From contig NW_027361838.1 in the NCBI RefSeq assembly GCF_039654945.1, positions 24,056,001 to 24,120,000 on the forward strand: DNA of 64,000 nt, read 5' to 3'. Below are positions 51,094-62,344 of this stretch, piece by piece (position 1 is the stretch's first letter; every line of letters starts with the position of its first letter). The position numbers and the translations under genes were made by a program. Source of the stretch: Dendrobates tinctorius (lineage: Eukaryota). A model generated the notes under the pieces. That model was not told where the DNA came from. It was given only the letters and a program-made list of their open reading frames with translations, and ran no database searches.

Positions 51094-53517
51094 CCCCTTT
51101 ATTACCCCATGGGTGGTTTGCACGTTCATGACCAGGCCAATATTTAGAATTCTGACCACTGTCCCTTTATGAGGTTATCACTCTGGAATGCTTCCATGGA
51201 TCCTGTTGATTCTGACATTGTTTTTTTCGTGACATATTGTACTTCATGTTAGTGGTAAAATTTCATTCATATAACTTGGGTTTATTTATGAAAAAAAACA
51301 AAACGGAAATTTGGCGAAAATTTCACAATTTTCCAACTTTGAATTTTTATGCACTTAAATCACAGAAATATGGCACACAAAAAACTTAAGTAACATTTCC
51401 CACATGTTTACTTTGCATCAGCACAATTTTGGAACCAATTTATTTTTTTTTAGGAAGTTATAAGGGTTGAAAGATTTCTCATTTTTACAACACTGTTTTT
51501 TTAGGGACCACATCACATTTGAAGTCACTTTGAGGGGTCTATATGATAGAAAATACCCAAAAGTGACACCATTCTAAAAACTGCACCCCTCAAGGTGCTC
51601 AAAACCACATTCAAGAAGTTTATTAACCTTTCAGGTGCTTCACAGGAATTTTTTGAATGTTTTAAAATAATGAACTTAACTTTTTTTCACAAAAAAATGG
51701 CTTCAGGTATTTTTTTTATTTTACCAAGGGTAACAAGAGAAACTGAACTGCAAAAGTTATTGTGCAATTTGTCCTGAGTACGCTGATACGTGGGGGGGAA
51801 CCACTGTTTCGGCACATGGCAGAGCTCAGAAGGGAAGGAGCGCCGTTTGACTTTTTCAACGCAAAATTGGCTGGAATTGAGATCGGACGCCATGTCACAT
51901 TTGGAGAGCCCCTGATGTGCCTAAACAGTGGAAATCCCCCACAAGTGACCCCGGTTTGGAAACTAGACCCCTCCCCTTTGTCCTGAGTAGGCTGATACCC
52001 CATATGTGGGGGTAAACCACTGTTTGGGCACATGGCAGGGCTTGTAAGAGGAGCACCATTTGACTTTTTCAACGCAGAATTAGCTGGAATTGAGATCAGA
52101 CGCCATGTTGCGTTTGGAGAGCACCTGATGTGCCCAAACAGTGGAAACCCCCAAATTGTAACCCTAACCCCCAACAGACCCCTAACCCTAATCTCAGCCC
52201 TATCCCTAATGGGAAAATAGAAATACATTTTTTTTTTTTTTTTTTTTTAAATTTTAGTATTTTTCCCCTAACTAAGGGGGTGATAAAGGGAGGTTTGATT
52301 TACTATTTGTGGCGGGTTTTTATGTTTGGCAGCTGTCGCACGCTAAAAGACGCTTTTTATTGTAATAGTTTTTGCATCATCACGTTGAGCGTTATAATTT
52401 TTCCATATTTTGACCCACCTAGTCATGAGGTCATATTTTTTGCTGGACGAGTTGATGTTTTTATTGGTACCATTTTTGTACACGTGACATTTTTTGATCG
52501 CTTTTTATTCCAATTTTTGGGACGCAGAATGAACAAAAACAGCATTTCATGAATTTCTTTTTTGGGGGGGCGGGGCGTTTACACCTTTCTGCGTGCGGTA
52601 AAATTGATAAAGCCCTTTTATTCTTCAGGTCAGTACGATTACAGTGATACCGCATTAATATCTTTTTATGTTTTGGCACTTTTATGCAATAAAAACAATT
52701 TTATATAAAAAAATGATTATTCTGCGAGCTTTAACTTTAATTTTTTTTTGCTGATGACACTGTATGGTGGCTCGTTTTTTGCGGGACAAGATGACTTTTT
52801 CAGCGGTACCATGTTTATATACGTCTTTTTGATCACATGTTATTGCACTTTTTGTTCGGCGGTATGATAAAGCAGTTTTTTGCCTAGGGGGTGTGTGGTT
52901 TTTTTTTTGGTTTTTTTGTTTAAGGGGTTCACTCAAGGGGTTAATTAGTGGAACAGTTTTATAGGGCGGGTCATTACGGACGCGGCAATACTAAATGGGT
53001 GTATTGTTTTTGGTTTTTTATTTACAAAAATATAATTTATTAGGGATTTTTTTTATTTATTTAGGATTGTTTTTATTAGTTACACTTGCTTTTTTTTTAC
53101 TTATATTGTCTCAATGTGGGACAGTACAATAAAGTGTCAGATTGCTGATCTGACAGTTTGCACAGCACTCTGTCAGATCAGCGATCTGACAGGTGCTGCA
53201 CAGGCTTTCTCAGTGCCTGTAGGCCATATTGAATCCGGGGGCCTGCAGGGAGGAGACCCTCGGAGCAGCGCAAGCTCATCGCGCTGCTCCGAGGGTATCA
53301 GGGAAGCACGCAGGGAGCCCCCTCCCTGCGCGATTCTTCCCTGTGCTCCTGGTACACTGCGATCATGCTTAATCACAGTGTGCCGGGGGCAGTCCGTGAC
53401 CGCCCCTGACTCATAGTGCCGGGTGTCATAGTGCCGGCTGATCGCGCTGACGTACTATCCTGTTCCCGTTCATACGGGTACTGTGGACAGGATAGTACGT
53501 CAGATGTCAGAAAGGGG
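51094..53517 (-). mobile_element. piggyBac-type non-autonomous element inserted in L1
   Basis: TTAA-CCCCTTT / AAAGGGG-TTAA, internal tandem subrepeats and a (CCCTAA)-like tract. Confidence 0.88.
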
Positions 53518-54195
53518 TTAAAGGACTGAATTCTAGCCGTCCAATATAAGTGTCGTCCCGAATAGCTATCTAATTCCCCATTTAAGGAACTGTATAGCTT
53601 ATTAAAGTTTTCTTTTCGGATGAGATAGGAAGATGTCAGTAATATTCCAAAATACAGAATACTTTCAGTCTGCCATTTAAAGGAAAATGGCTTCTCTAGT
53701 TTTGTCTCTCAGGGCGCGTGGATCTGCAATGGGGAAAATCACGGATTTGGAAGCATTCGGTTTATAATAGCATGTTTTTGAAAGCTTCTTAAGCTCATCC
53801 ATAACCTCAGGTAGGGATCTCTCCAAATTTGTGCACATTATAATTACGTCATCAGCATAAAGACCTATCACATGGTTAATTTTACCAACTTGGAAACCTG
53901 AGATGCCTCCCATTTTTACAAATAGATTCCACCAGGGGTTCCATAACTAAAGCAAAGATGATCGGAGATAATGGACAGCCCTGGCGGGTGAAATTAGAGA
54001 TAGAGAAGTTACGCGATCTAAATCCCGAGGCCACAACTGATGCATTAGGGTTAGAATATAAAAATAGGAGAGCTGATTTAATAGGACTCACAAACCAAAT
54101 TTAGATAGAATGCTATCTAGATAGCCTCACTGCACCTGGTCAAAAGCCTTTTCGGCATCCAATGACAAGAGAGCACTAGGGCCACCAGAGACCTC
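53518..54195 (-). pseudogene. L1/Tx1-type LINE ORF2 RT core, running into the gap
   Basis: LLSLDAEKAFDQV, TRQGCPLSPIIFALVMEPL and LYADDVII; contiguous with 49806-51093 across the TTAA insertion. Confidence 0.92.
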
Positions 54196-54344
54196 NNNNN
54201 NNNNNNNNNNNNNNNNNNNNNNNNNNNNNNNNNNNNNNNNNNNNNNNNNNNNNNNNNNNNNNNNNNNNNNNNNNNNNNNNNNNNNNNNNNNNNNNNNNNN
54301 NNNNNNNNNNNNNNNNNNNNNNNNNNNNNNNNNNNNNNNNNNNN
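54196..54344. other. Assembly gap (149 N)
   Basis: Run of N. Confidence 0.99.
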
Positions 54345-54347
54345 TTA

Positions 54348-54680
54348 GGCTAAGTGCACACGTTGCAGAAAATTTCTGCTCAAAAACCTGAATCCCTTCC
54401 CAGAAACCGCACCTATTTTTCCGCGGCGCGGTTTTGATGCGTTTTTTTCCACAACGGTTTCTAAAAGCATGGGAGAAGCCTAAACCGCGGGAAAAAAACG
54501 CAAAATTAATGTGCATGCTGCGTTTTTTACCGCAATGCGTTTTTTTTGCGGTAAAAAACGCATCAATGTGCACAAAAAGTGCAAAATGCATAGAAATGAC
54601 TGTGCAGCTTATTTTTAGCGGTTTTATAGTGAAAACCGGGGTAAAAACCGCTAAAAAAAACGCTGTGTGTGAACACAGCC
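54348..54680. mobile_element. Harbinger-like MITE
   Basis: GGCTAAGTGCACAC / GTGTGAACACAGCC, TTA TSD. Confidence 0.75.
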
Positions 54681-54803
54681 TTAAACTCACCAGCCTCTGT
54701 CTTCATTTGATATCCAATGGCTTTCCAGTTGTCTTCTGCAGGTTGTGACCTGCCAGATTGCTCTTGTGTTTGCTGGGTGATCCAAGAGGTCACGTCTCAA
54801 TAT

Positions 54804-55638
54804 TTGAGGTTTGCCTTTCTATCTGGACACCTCACATCCATGAATTGGCTGGTTCCTTATTGTGCCTCCTCATGAACCGTGTGGACGGGGTAACACGTCA
54901 AGGCTGGAAGCTAAGTTTGGGTTAACCCCCAGCTGTTTCTATAATTTTTTTTTTTTTTTTTGGCAATAGGTATCATCCATTGCCTTCTGTAGGAACCAAT
55001 ATGGATATAATTCTGATGTTCCTTATTGAACCACGCTATTTTTTACCTCTTGTCTGTGCTTGTCTGATTTTACTGCAGAGGTTTTTTGGCTTTATTTGAT
55101 AATGCGTATGGAATCTGTTTTCTGTAGTCTATTAATACCCAAAAAGACAAGACTGCCACTATCTACTGGTAGCTTATGGAATCTATATTTTCTGTGGTCT
55201 ATTAATACCCAAAACGACAAGACTTGCTACTATCTATTGGTTATACAAGAGGTTTCTCTATGTTTACATGTAATAGCCTGTCTTTTATATATTGTACATT
55301 AATAGCCTGTGTATTATATTAAGCACTATCTTTCATCTCTTTTATTTGCTTATTGTTTTCCCACCTGTAGTTTATAAGGATCATTTAGGGCGAGTGTGGG
55401 ACAGCCGCCGCAGAGTGGGGGCGCCAAATCGTATCTTTAGGGTGCCAACCTCCACTTTCAAGAAGGGATAGCAGGCTAGTGTAGGGCTATCGTAGATTAT
55501 TATGGTATAGAGTTTAATTGTGTTATTGCACTAGGGGGGTGTTTTTTACCTCAATTTATTAAAGTTTCATATTTTTATTAAAGGGATTATATGATTGCAC
55601 TTTTGATATTTCTTCCCTGGTCCTGTGGACATTTTTTT
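54804..55638 (+). mobile_element. Penelope-type non-coding insertion with a degenerate hammerhead (54864-54904)
   Basis: Perfect 14-bp TSD TCACGTCTCAATAT (54790-54803 and 55639-55652); GCCTC-CTCATGA-ACCGT gtgg ACGGG-GTAAC ac GTC-AAGGC. Confidence 0.65.
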
Positions 55639-55805
55639 TCACGTCTCAATATGTCTGAGAACCAGAACAAGGCCATATTAAGGCTTTCATAGACTTACAC
55701 TGAGAGCTTTTGACTGTTACCTCTGTCTTCCGGTCAGTCAGAAGTTGTGATCACAAGATAGCGGAGCGGGCCTGGAGCAACTATAGGAGCTGCTGGTGAG
55801 TTTAA

Positions 55806-57738
55806 CCCCTTAACGACCGCCGATATGCCTTTTAACGGCGGTAATTAAGGGTACTAAAACCACAGCGCCATTAATTTACGGCGCTGTGGAGAAAGTACAT
55901 AGCGCCCCCCAGTGTCGGATTTTCTCCGGGGTCTCTGCTGCCAGGGGTAGCCAAGACCCCAGAGAACATAAATCGGTCGGTTTTTACCGACCCCGCTTTT
56001 GCAAGAAAAAAAAAAGCCGCGATTATGCATTAAATTTCTCTTTCCTCTGATGTGATCGCACATCAGAGGAGAGAGAAATAGGGTCCCCGATCCCCCCCCC
56101 CCCCCCCCGGTACCTCTCCGTGGTCCTCACTTCCCTCCCGGCGGTCCTGCGTCCCGCCGGCGTCCTCCGATGGGCGCCGCCATCTTGAAAATGGCGGGTG
56201 CATGCGCAGTGCGCCCGCCGGGAATCTGCCGGCTCCGGCTGGTAGATTCCATTCATTATTTTGATCAATATGATAAACGATCATAGTGATCAAAATAAAA
56301 AAAATAGTACATAACCCCCCCTGTTTATCACCCCCTTATATAGGAAAACAATGAAATAAAAGAAATGTTTTTTTTTTTTTCAGTTTTCCATTAGGGTTAG
56401 GGTTGGGCTAGGGTGAACTAGGATTAGTTTTAGGATTGGGGATTAGGGTTAGGGGTGTGTTGGGGTTAGGGTTGGAGCAAGAATTGAGGAGTTTCCACTA
56501 TTTACCAACTATTGGGGTCTAAAAAGTCACTTTTGTGGAAATAAAGACTTTATTTTCACGTCTCTGCATATATAAACTTCTGTGAAGCGCTTGGGGGTTC
56601 AAAGTAGTCACCACACATCTAGATAAGTTCCTTAGGGCGTCTATTTTCCAAAATGGAGTCACTTGTGGGGGGGTTTCCACTGTTTAGGCCCATCAGGGGC
56701 TCTGCAAACGCAACATGATGCCCGCAGACCATTCCATCAAAGTCTGCATTCCAAAATGGCACTCCTTCCCTTCCAAGCTCTCCCATGCGCCCAAACAGTG
56801 GTTCCCCCCCACATATGGGGTATCAGCGTACTCAGGACAAATCGCACAATAACTGTGGGGGTATGATTTCTCCTGTTACCCTTGTAAAAATAAAAATTTG
56901 GGGGCGAAAAGATCATTTTTGTGGAAAAAAAAATGGATTTCTTATTTTCACGGCTCTACGTTATAAACTTCTGTGAAGCACTTGAAGGTTCAAAGTGCTC
57001 ACCACACATCTAGATAAGTTCCTTAATGGGTCTAGTTTCCAAAATGGGGTCACTTGTTGGAGTTTTCCACTGTTTAGGCACATCAGGTGCTCTCCGAACG
57101 CAACATGGCATCCGATCTCAATTCCAGCCAATTCTGCGTTGAAAAAGAACGGCGCTCCATCCCTTGCGAGCTCTGCCGTGTGCTGAAAAAGTGGTTTACC
57201 CCCACATATGGGGTATCGGCGTATTCAGGAGAAATTGTACAACAAATTTTGTGGTTGATTTTCTCTTTTAACACTTGTGAAAATAAAAAAAAATTGGTTC
57301 TGAAGTAAATTTTTTGCAAAAAAAAAAGTTAAATGTTAATTTTTTCTTCCACATTGCTTTAGTTCCTGTGAAGCACTTAGAGGGTTAATAAATTTCTTGA
57401 ATGTGGTTTTGAGCACCTTAAGGGGTCTAATTTTTAGAATGGTGCCACTTTTGGGTATTTTCTGTCATGTACACCCCTCAAAATGACTTTAAATATCATG
57501 TGGTCCCTAAAAAAAAAAAATGGTTTTCCATATTTCCGTTTTTTTCATAAATAAACACAAGAATTATCGAAGAAATTTTATCACTAACATGGAGTACAAT
57601 ATGTCACGAAAAATCAGTCTCCGAATCAGCAGGATCCATTAAAGCGTTCCAGAGTTATAACCTCATAAAGGGACAGTGGTCAGAATTGTAAAAATTGGCC
57701 TGGTCATTAAACTGCAAACTGGCTCTGTGGCTAAGGGG
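55806..57738 (+). mobile_element. piggyBac-type non-autonomous element inserted in a T2-like MITE
   Basis: TTAA-CCCCTTAACGACC / CTAAGGGG-TTAA, with a TTAGGG-like tract at 56391-56475. Confidence 0.88.
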
Positions 57739-57985
57739 TTAATACTAGGGTCAGAGAACTTGGGTTAGCTGCACCGCTGAAATAAATAAAAAAAAAAAAA
57801 TGCTGGAGTGGTGCTTTTAACTGTACCAGAATAGATAATAAACCATAACAAGGGGAAAAATGGCCTCGGAGGTATTGTCAGAATTGACAAAAAGGGAAGA
57901 ACCCTATATTGAAATCTCTCTATAACAAGCCATAAAGCTTAGCTTTTATTAATTGCATTTAAGATGCATTCAGGGTATTATTAAA

Positions 57986-58110
57986 ATACTAGAAATAGGC
58001 CTGATGCTATCGCATCGGGAGGGCGGTAATGTCATGATGGGGGCAGGCTTTGTAGCCCCAGTAATTTCACCGCACTCCCGATGCGATGGCATCCGGCCTA
58101 TTTCTAGTAT
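57986..58110. repeat. 125-bp hairpin element (tiny MITE-like)
   Basis: 42-bp arms with 3 mismatches: ATACTAGAAATAGGCC...GGCCTATTTCTAGTAT. Confidence 0.8.
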
Positions 58111-58246
58111 CACATAAGCGCCACCTGTCCCCAAAATACCCCCCACACGCGCTGCCCTCACCACTGGCAGAACTGTTTCACTCAGAGCTGCTCTCCTGAC
58201 TCCTGTCAGCCCGCTTTGCTACTATTACTATGCGCGCAGCAGGCTT

Positions 58247-58573
58247 CGATATGACCCTGTCAGGATCGCTGGTGCATTGCTAAATCGTCGCTAGTGAGCT
58301 GCCACACAGGCAGATCTCACCAGCGACGTAGCGATGCTCGGCAGTTGTTACCTGTCAGACGCGGAGAGGGTGACGTCTTCCGCCGCGTCCATGGCTCGCT
58401 TGTCGGCGCCAGCAGGAAGCCGACGACGAGAAATGGACCAGGCCGATCTCGCGCGATCGCCAGCTGGGGGGGGGGGGGGGGGCGGTCGGAGGTGAGTGTC
58501 ACATGTAGCGATATTGCTGCTGCGTCACAAAATCGGTGACGCTTTAGCGATATCGCTATGTGTAACAGACCCT
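58247..58573. mobile_element. Truncated copy of the MITE family at 76-461
   Basis: Colinear similarity with about 117-461 (CAGGATCGCTGGTGCA..., CGGTGACGCTTTAGCGATATCGCTA). Confidence 0.8.
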
Positions 58574-59757
58574 TTAGAATCACTGTGATCTGTTGAAGCG
58601 TTCCACAGTTATTACCACATAAAGTGACACTGGTCAGATTTAAGAAATGTGGCCTGGTCATTAAGGTCAATATTATCTCCTTCACTGAGGGGATAATATA
58701 GGTGGCTACCATAAAATCAACAAATAGACAGATTAGGGACAGCATTTTAATCAGTACAGTGCTTGGTATCAGACAATCTGTCACTGTCTGCTGCAGTGTT
58801 TAACCCCTTATCACCACAATCCTATAATCTGCCATGATCTGAGCTGGCATCCTCTTTGTATGGAGCAGGTCCATATGAGCTCAATTTACATAAAGTGTTA
58901 TATAGAGTATTTATTTGCCTTGGAGACTTTGGCGCACATTTACGTGAGATTATTTTTTATAATGAAATTAACACTTGCCTATTTTGCAAGCTTTTCTTTG
59001 CCATTGGGCGGCGCTGTCTGTGTGGATGTTGCTGGCGAGGCTTCCTTACTTTCTGTGCACTGGGAGGCCATACCTCTGTAAGGTGGACAATAATATCACA
59101 GTAATAGCCCTGTAATATCTGACACGAGCTCAGGAAGACTGCAGTAAATCATGGCGTGTAAGGAAAGTTCTCAGAGTTTATATAATTAATGGGACCCCCC
59201 TCCCCAATAACCTCATTGTTTCCGTTTCCTCCGGTTATGTCAATGTTACTGCTGTTCCTCGCTGTTTAAAGTTATACTGTGTCAATATTTAGACACCATG
59301 ACACGTGTGTATGAATTCTACCAGATTTTACACTTTCCCACATAAATCTTGCTGGTGCATCTCCTTGTCGTGTAGGGTGGATCTTGTGTTTGTTCCATGT
59401 GCAGCCTCTTTGGCCATTGTAATGATCAGGCTTGCTTTGCACAACAAAATGACATACCGTAATTGTAATATGGAGGAGGAATATATAAATTAATGTTTGC
59501 TTTTATGTGGATTGTGAAAGAAAATAAAAATTTGAGTTTTGCAGCTCAAAAGTATTTTGGCTGTATGAATGGGTATCCGCTGATGGCTGGACAGGTATCC
59601 AAAAGTGACTTACCGGATGCTCAGATGCCTGGCAGTTCCTTTACGGCATGGTTTCCCAGACCTTTCCATTGTGGAACTTCATTTGAGAAAAATGTGCAGC
59701 AATGATCATAGGTAGATATATCATTTGTGCAGCCTCACCGGTCGCCAAGAGGTATCT

Positions 59758-59857
59758 GGGCAGCACGGTGGCTCAGTGGTTAGCGCTGAGTCCTGGGTTC
59801 GATTCCCACCAAGGATAACATCTGCAAGAAGTTTGTATGTTCTCCCCCTGTTTGCGT

Positions 59858-59888
<31 letters not shown>

Positions 59889-60015
59889 ACACTCCAAAGA
59901 CCTACTGATAGGGAATTTAGATTGTGAGCCCCATCAGGGACAGTGATGATATGTGCAAACTGTAAAGCGCTGCGGAATACGTTAGCGCTATATAAAAATA
60001 AAGATTATTATTATT
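59758..60015 (+). mobile_element. tRNA-derived V-SINE
   Basis: A and B boxes, V-domain, L2-like tail ending in (ATT)n; homologous to 18127-18378. Confidence 0.88.
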
Positions 60016-60474
60016 TTCTGGGCCCATTTCCACCTCTAAAGCAGGTGTAATAATTGTGCTTTATGATGAGCTATTGGACTGGAAAGGGCCCGTATGTTCT
60101 TGCATAGGGACCCTCTTCTATTTGTGTTCCCTCCTGCTGTTGGTGATTTTTTTTTGTGAGAATATACTGCACATTTCATTCTATACATTGCAAAGAGTGA
60201 AACTTGCTATGAATTGAAAATTGGACTTTAGAATTTGCAATTTTTTTTAGGATGGTAACACACTTAACCAAAACCTAAGTGATAGATCTATGATTACTGC
60301 TGCCTCACCGATGCAACTTCAACCTATCACTAAATTGGGATTCGCCTAGGAATCTTCTGTTCTTTCCCACCACACAATCGTGATGCTCCTCTTTTTAGAT
60401 TAGTGACATAAACTTTGAATGAAGAGTGCATCTAACCACGATTGTGATGCAGTGGAACTGTGGAGTCTGGTTCG

Positions 60475-61271
60475 CCAATTTTGCATTCAAAAAGTCAAAA
60501 GGCGCTCCCTCCTTTCTGAGCCCTGCCATGCACCCTAACAGTGGTTTTCGCCCACATACAGGGTATCGGCGTACTCATGAGAAATTGCACAACAAATTTT
60601 GTGGTCCGTTTTCTCCTGATACAATTTTGAAAATAAAAAAAATTTGGTTCCATAGTAAAAAATGTTGTGAAAAAATTAAAATGTTAGTTTTTTCCTTCCA
60701 TATTGCTTTAGTTCTTGTGAAGCACCTGAAGGGTTAATAAACTTCTTGAATGTGATTTTGAGCACCTTGAGGGGTGCAGTCTTTAGAAGTGTCACTTTGG
60801 GTATTTTCTGTTATATTGACCCCCCAATCTCACTTCAGATGTGAGGTGGTCCCTAAAAAAAAATGGTTTTGTAAATTTTGTTGTAAAAGTGAGGAATCAC
60901 TGGTTAACTTTTAATCCTTATAACGTCATAACAAAAAAAAAATGTTTCCAAGATTGTGCTGATGTAAAGATGACTTGTGGGAAATGTTATTTATTAACTA
61001 TTTTGTGTGATACCACTCTCTGATTTAAGGATACAAAAATTAAGTTTGAAAAATTTTCAAAATTTTTGCCAAATTTGTTTTTTTCATAAACGGAAGTCAT
61101 ATCGAAGAAATTTTACCACTAACATGAAGTACAATGTCATGAAAAAACATTCTCAGAATCTGGGGGATCCGTTGAAGCGTTCAAGAGCTATAACCTCAGA
61201 AACTGACAGTGGTCAGAAATGTAAAAATTGGCCTGGCCATTAAGTACCAAATTGGCTCTGCCACTAAGGGG
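60475..61271 (+). mobile_element. Left-truncated piggyBac-type non-autonomous element
   Basis: Homologous to 57120-57738; ends CTAAGGGG-TTAA. Confidence 0.8.
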
Positions 61272-61770
61272 TTAATAAACTAAACTTATATGAAAATAAA
61301 TAAGCCTTATGATAGAGCCCACACTGTGAATTTAAGGGGTAAACAATTGTAAGGCCAGTTATAAATTGTATAAAAACAAAGATTTTTCCATAGCTCCTTT
61401 CTATCTCGGAAAGAGAATATATCTTTGCCCGTGTGCATTTAACCCTGTGTATGACAAGGGATCCTGTTCGTTCTATGGCAATTCCGTTCTTTAGCTAAAA
61501 GCTGAGGGAAGAATAACAATTGCATTTTTCATATGGAGAAATCACACTTGTTGTTCCAGGAAACAAAGTAACATAACCTGTTCTGCCAGTTGGAAGGGGT
61601 CCTTGTTCTGCTGCTCACAGGACTCCTTCACTCCGCACTGGATGTGGATGAAGAATAAGTACGTTCTTCCCCCTGGTGGTTACTCACTGCAATGACTGAA
61701 ATGTGCCTGTAATAATGCATTTGATGGTTTTTCCATACATAATATTCACTGGTTGCAATTTTTCTTTTAG

Positions 61771-61825
61771 CTTTTTAGAGAGAATCGACCACGTTAGACA
61801 AAATGACTACACACCAACAGATCAG
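61771..61825 (+). CDS. gnal: G(olf) alpha, next coding exon (55 nt; equivalent to human GNAL exon 6 / GNAS exon 7)
   Basis: Acceptor ttttcttttAG, donor GTGAGT at 61826. The first C completes TAC (Tyr) with the previous exon, then FLERIDHVRQNDYTPTDQ. FLERID..DYTPTDQ is Golf-type (Gs has FLDKID..DYVPSDQ). Confidence 0.95.
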
Positions 61826-62023
61826 GTGAGTTGTTTGAGTTGAAATTGGTAGTTAAGTATACTGTTCAGCATTTACTACTGATTACAGATAACAAAATGG
61901 ATAGGCAAACTATGTATTCCTTGCAGAATTATAATGGCACACGATCCATTCACTGATGTCGGCAACAGTCACCTCCTCATAGTAAATGAAAGTGGGCATT
62001 TGAGAAAAAAAAAACTTTTCCAC

Positions 62024-62298
62024 CAGGGCTGTGGAGTCTGTAAGCCAAACCTGCGACTCCGACACCTCAATTTCCCTTACACCGACTCCAACTCTGACTC
62101 CGACTCCCACATATATTGCTTATATTTAAGTGAAAAATGTATACTAGTACAATGTGAACATCAGACATTAAATCATTTTTATGATACAATAATCAAGATA
62201 TTTAGATAGAACATAATATTTATTGGAATACAACTTTAGAACACAAACTGTAATAAATTGTAAAAATATGTAATACACTATGTAATATCGATTACAAA

Positions 62299-62344
<46 letters not shown>

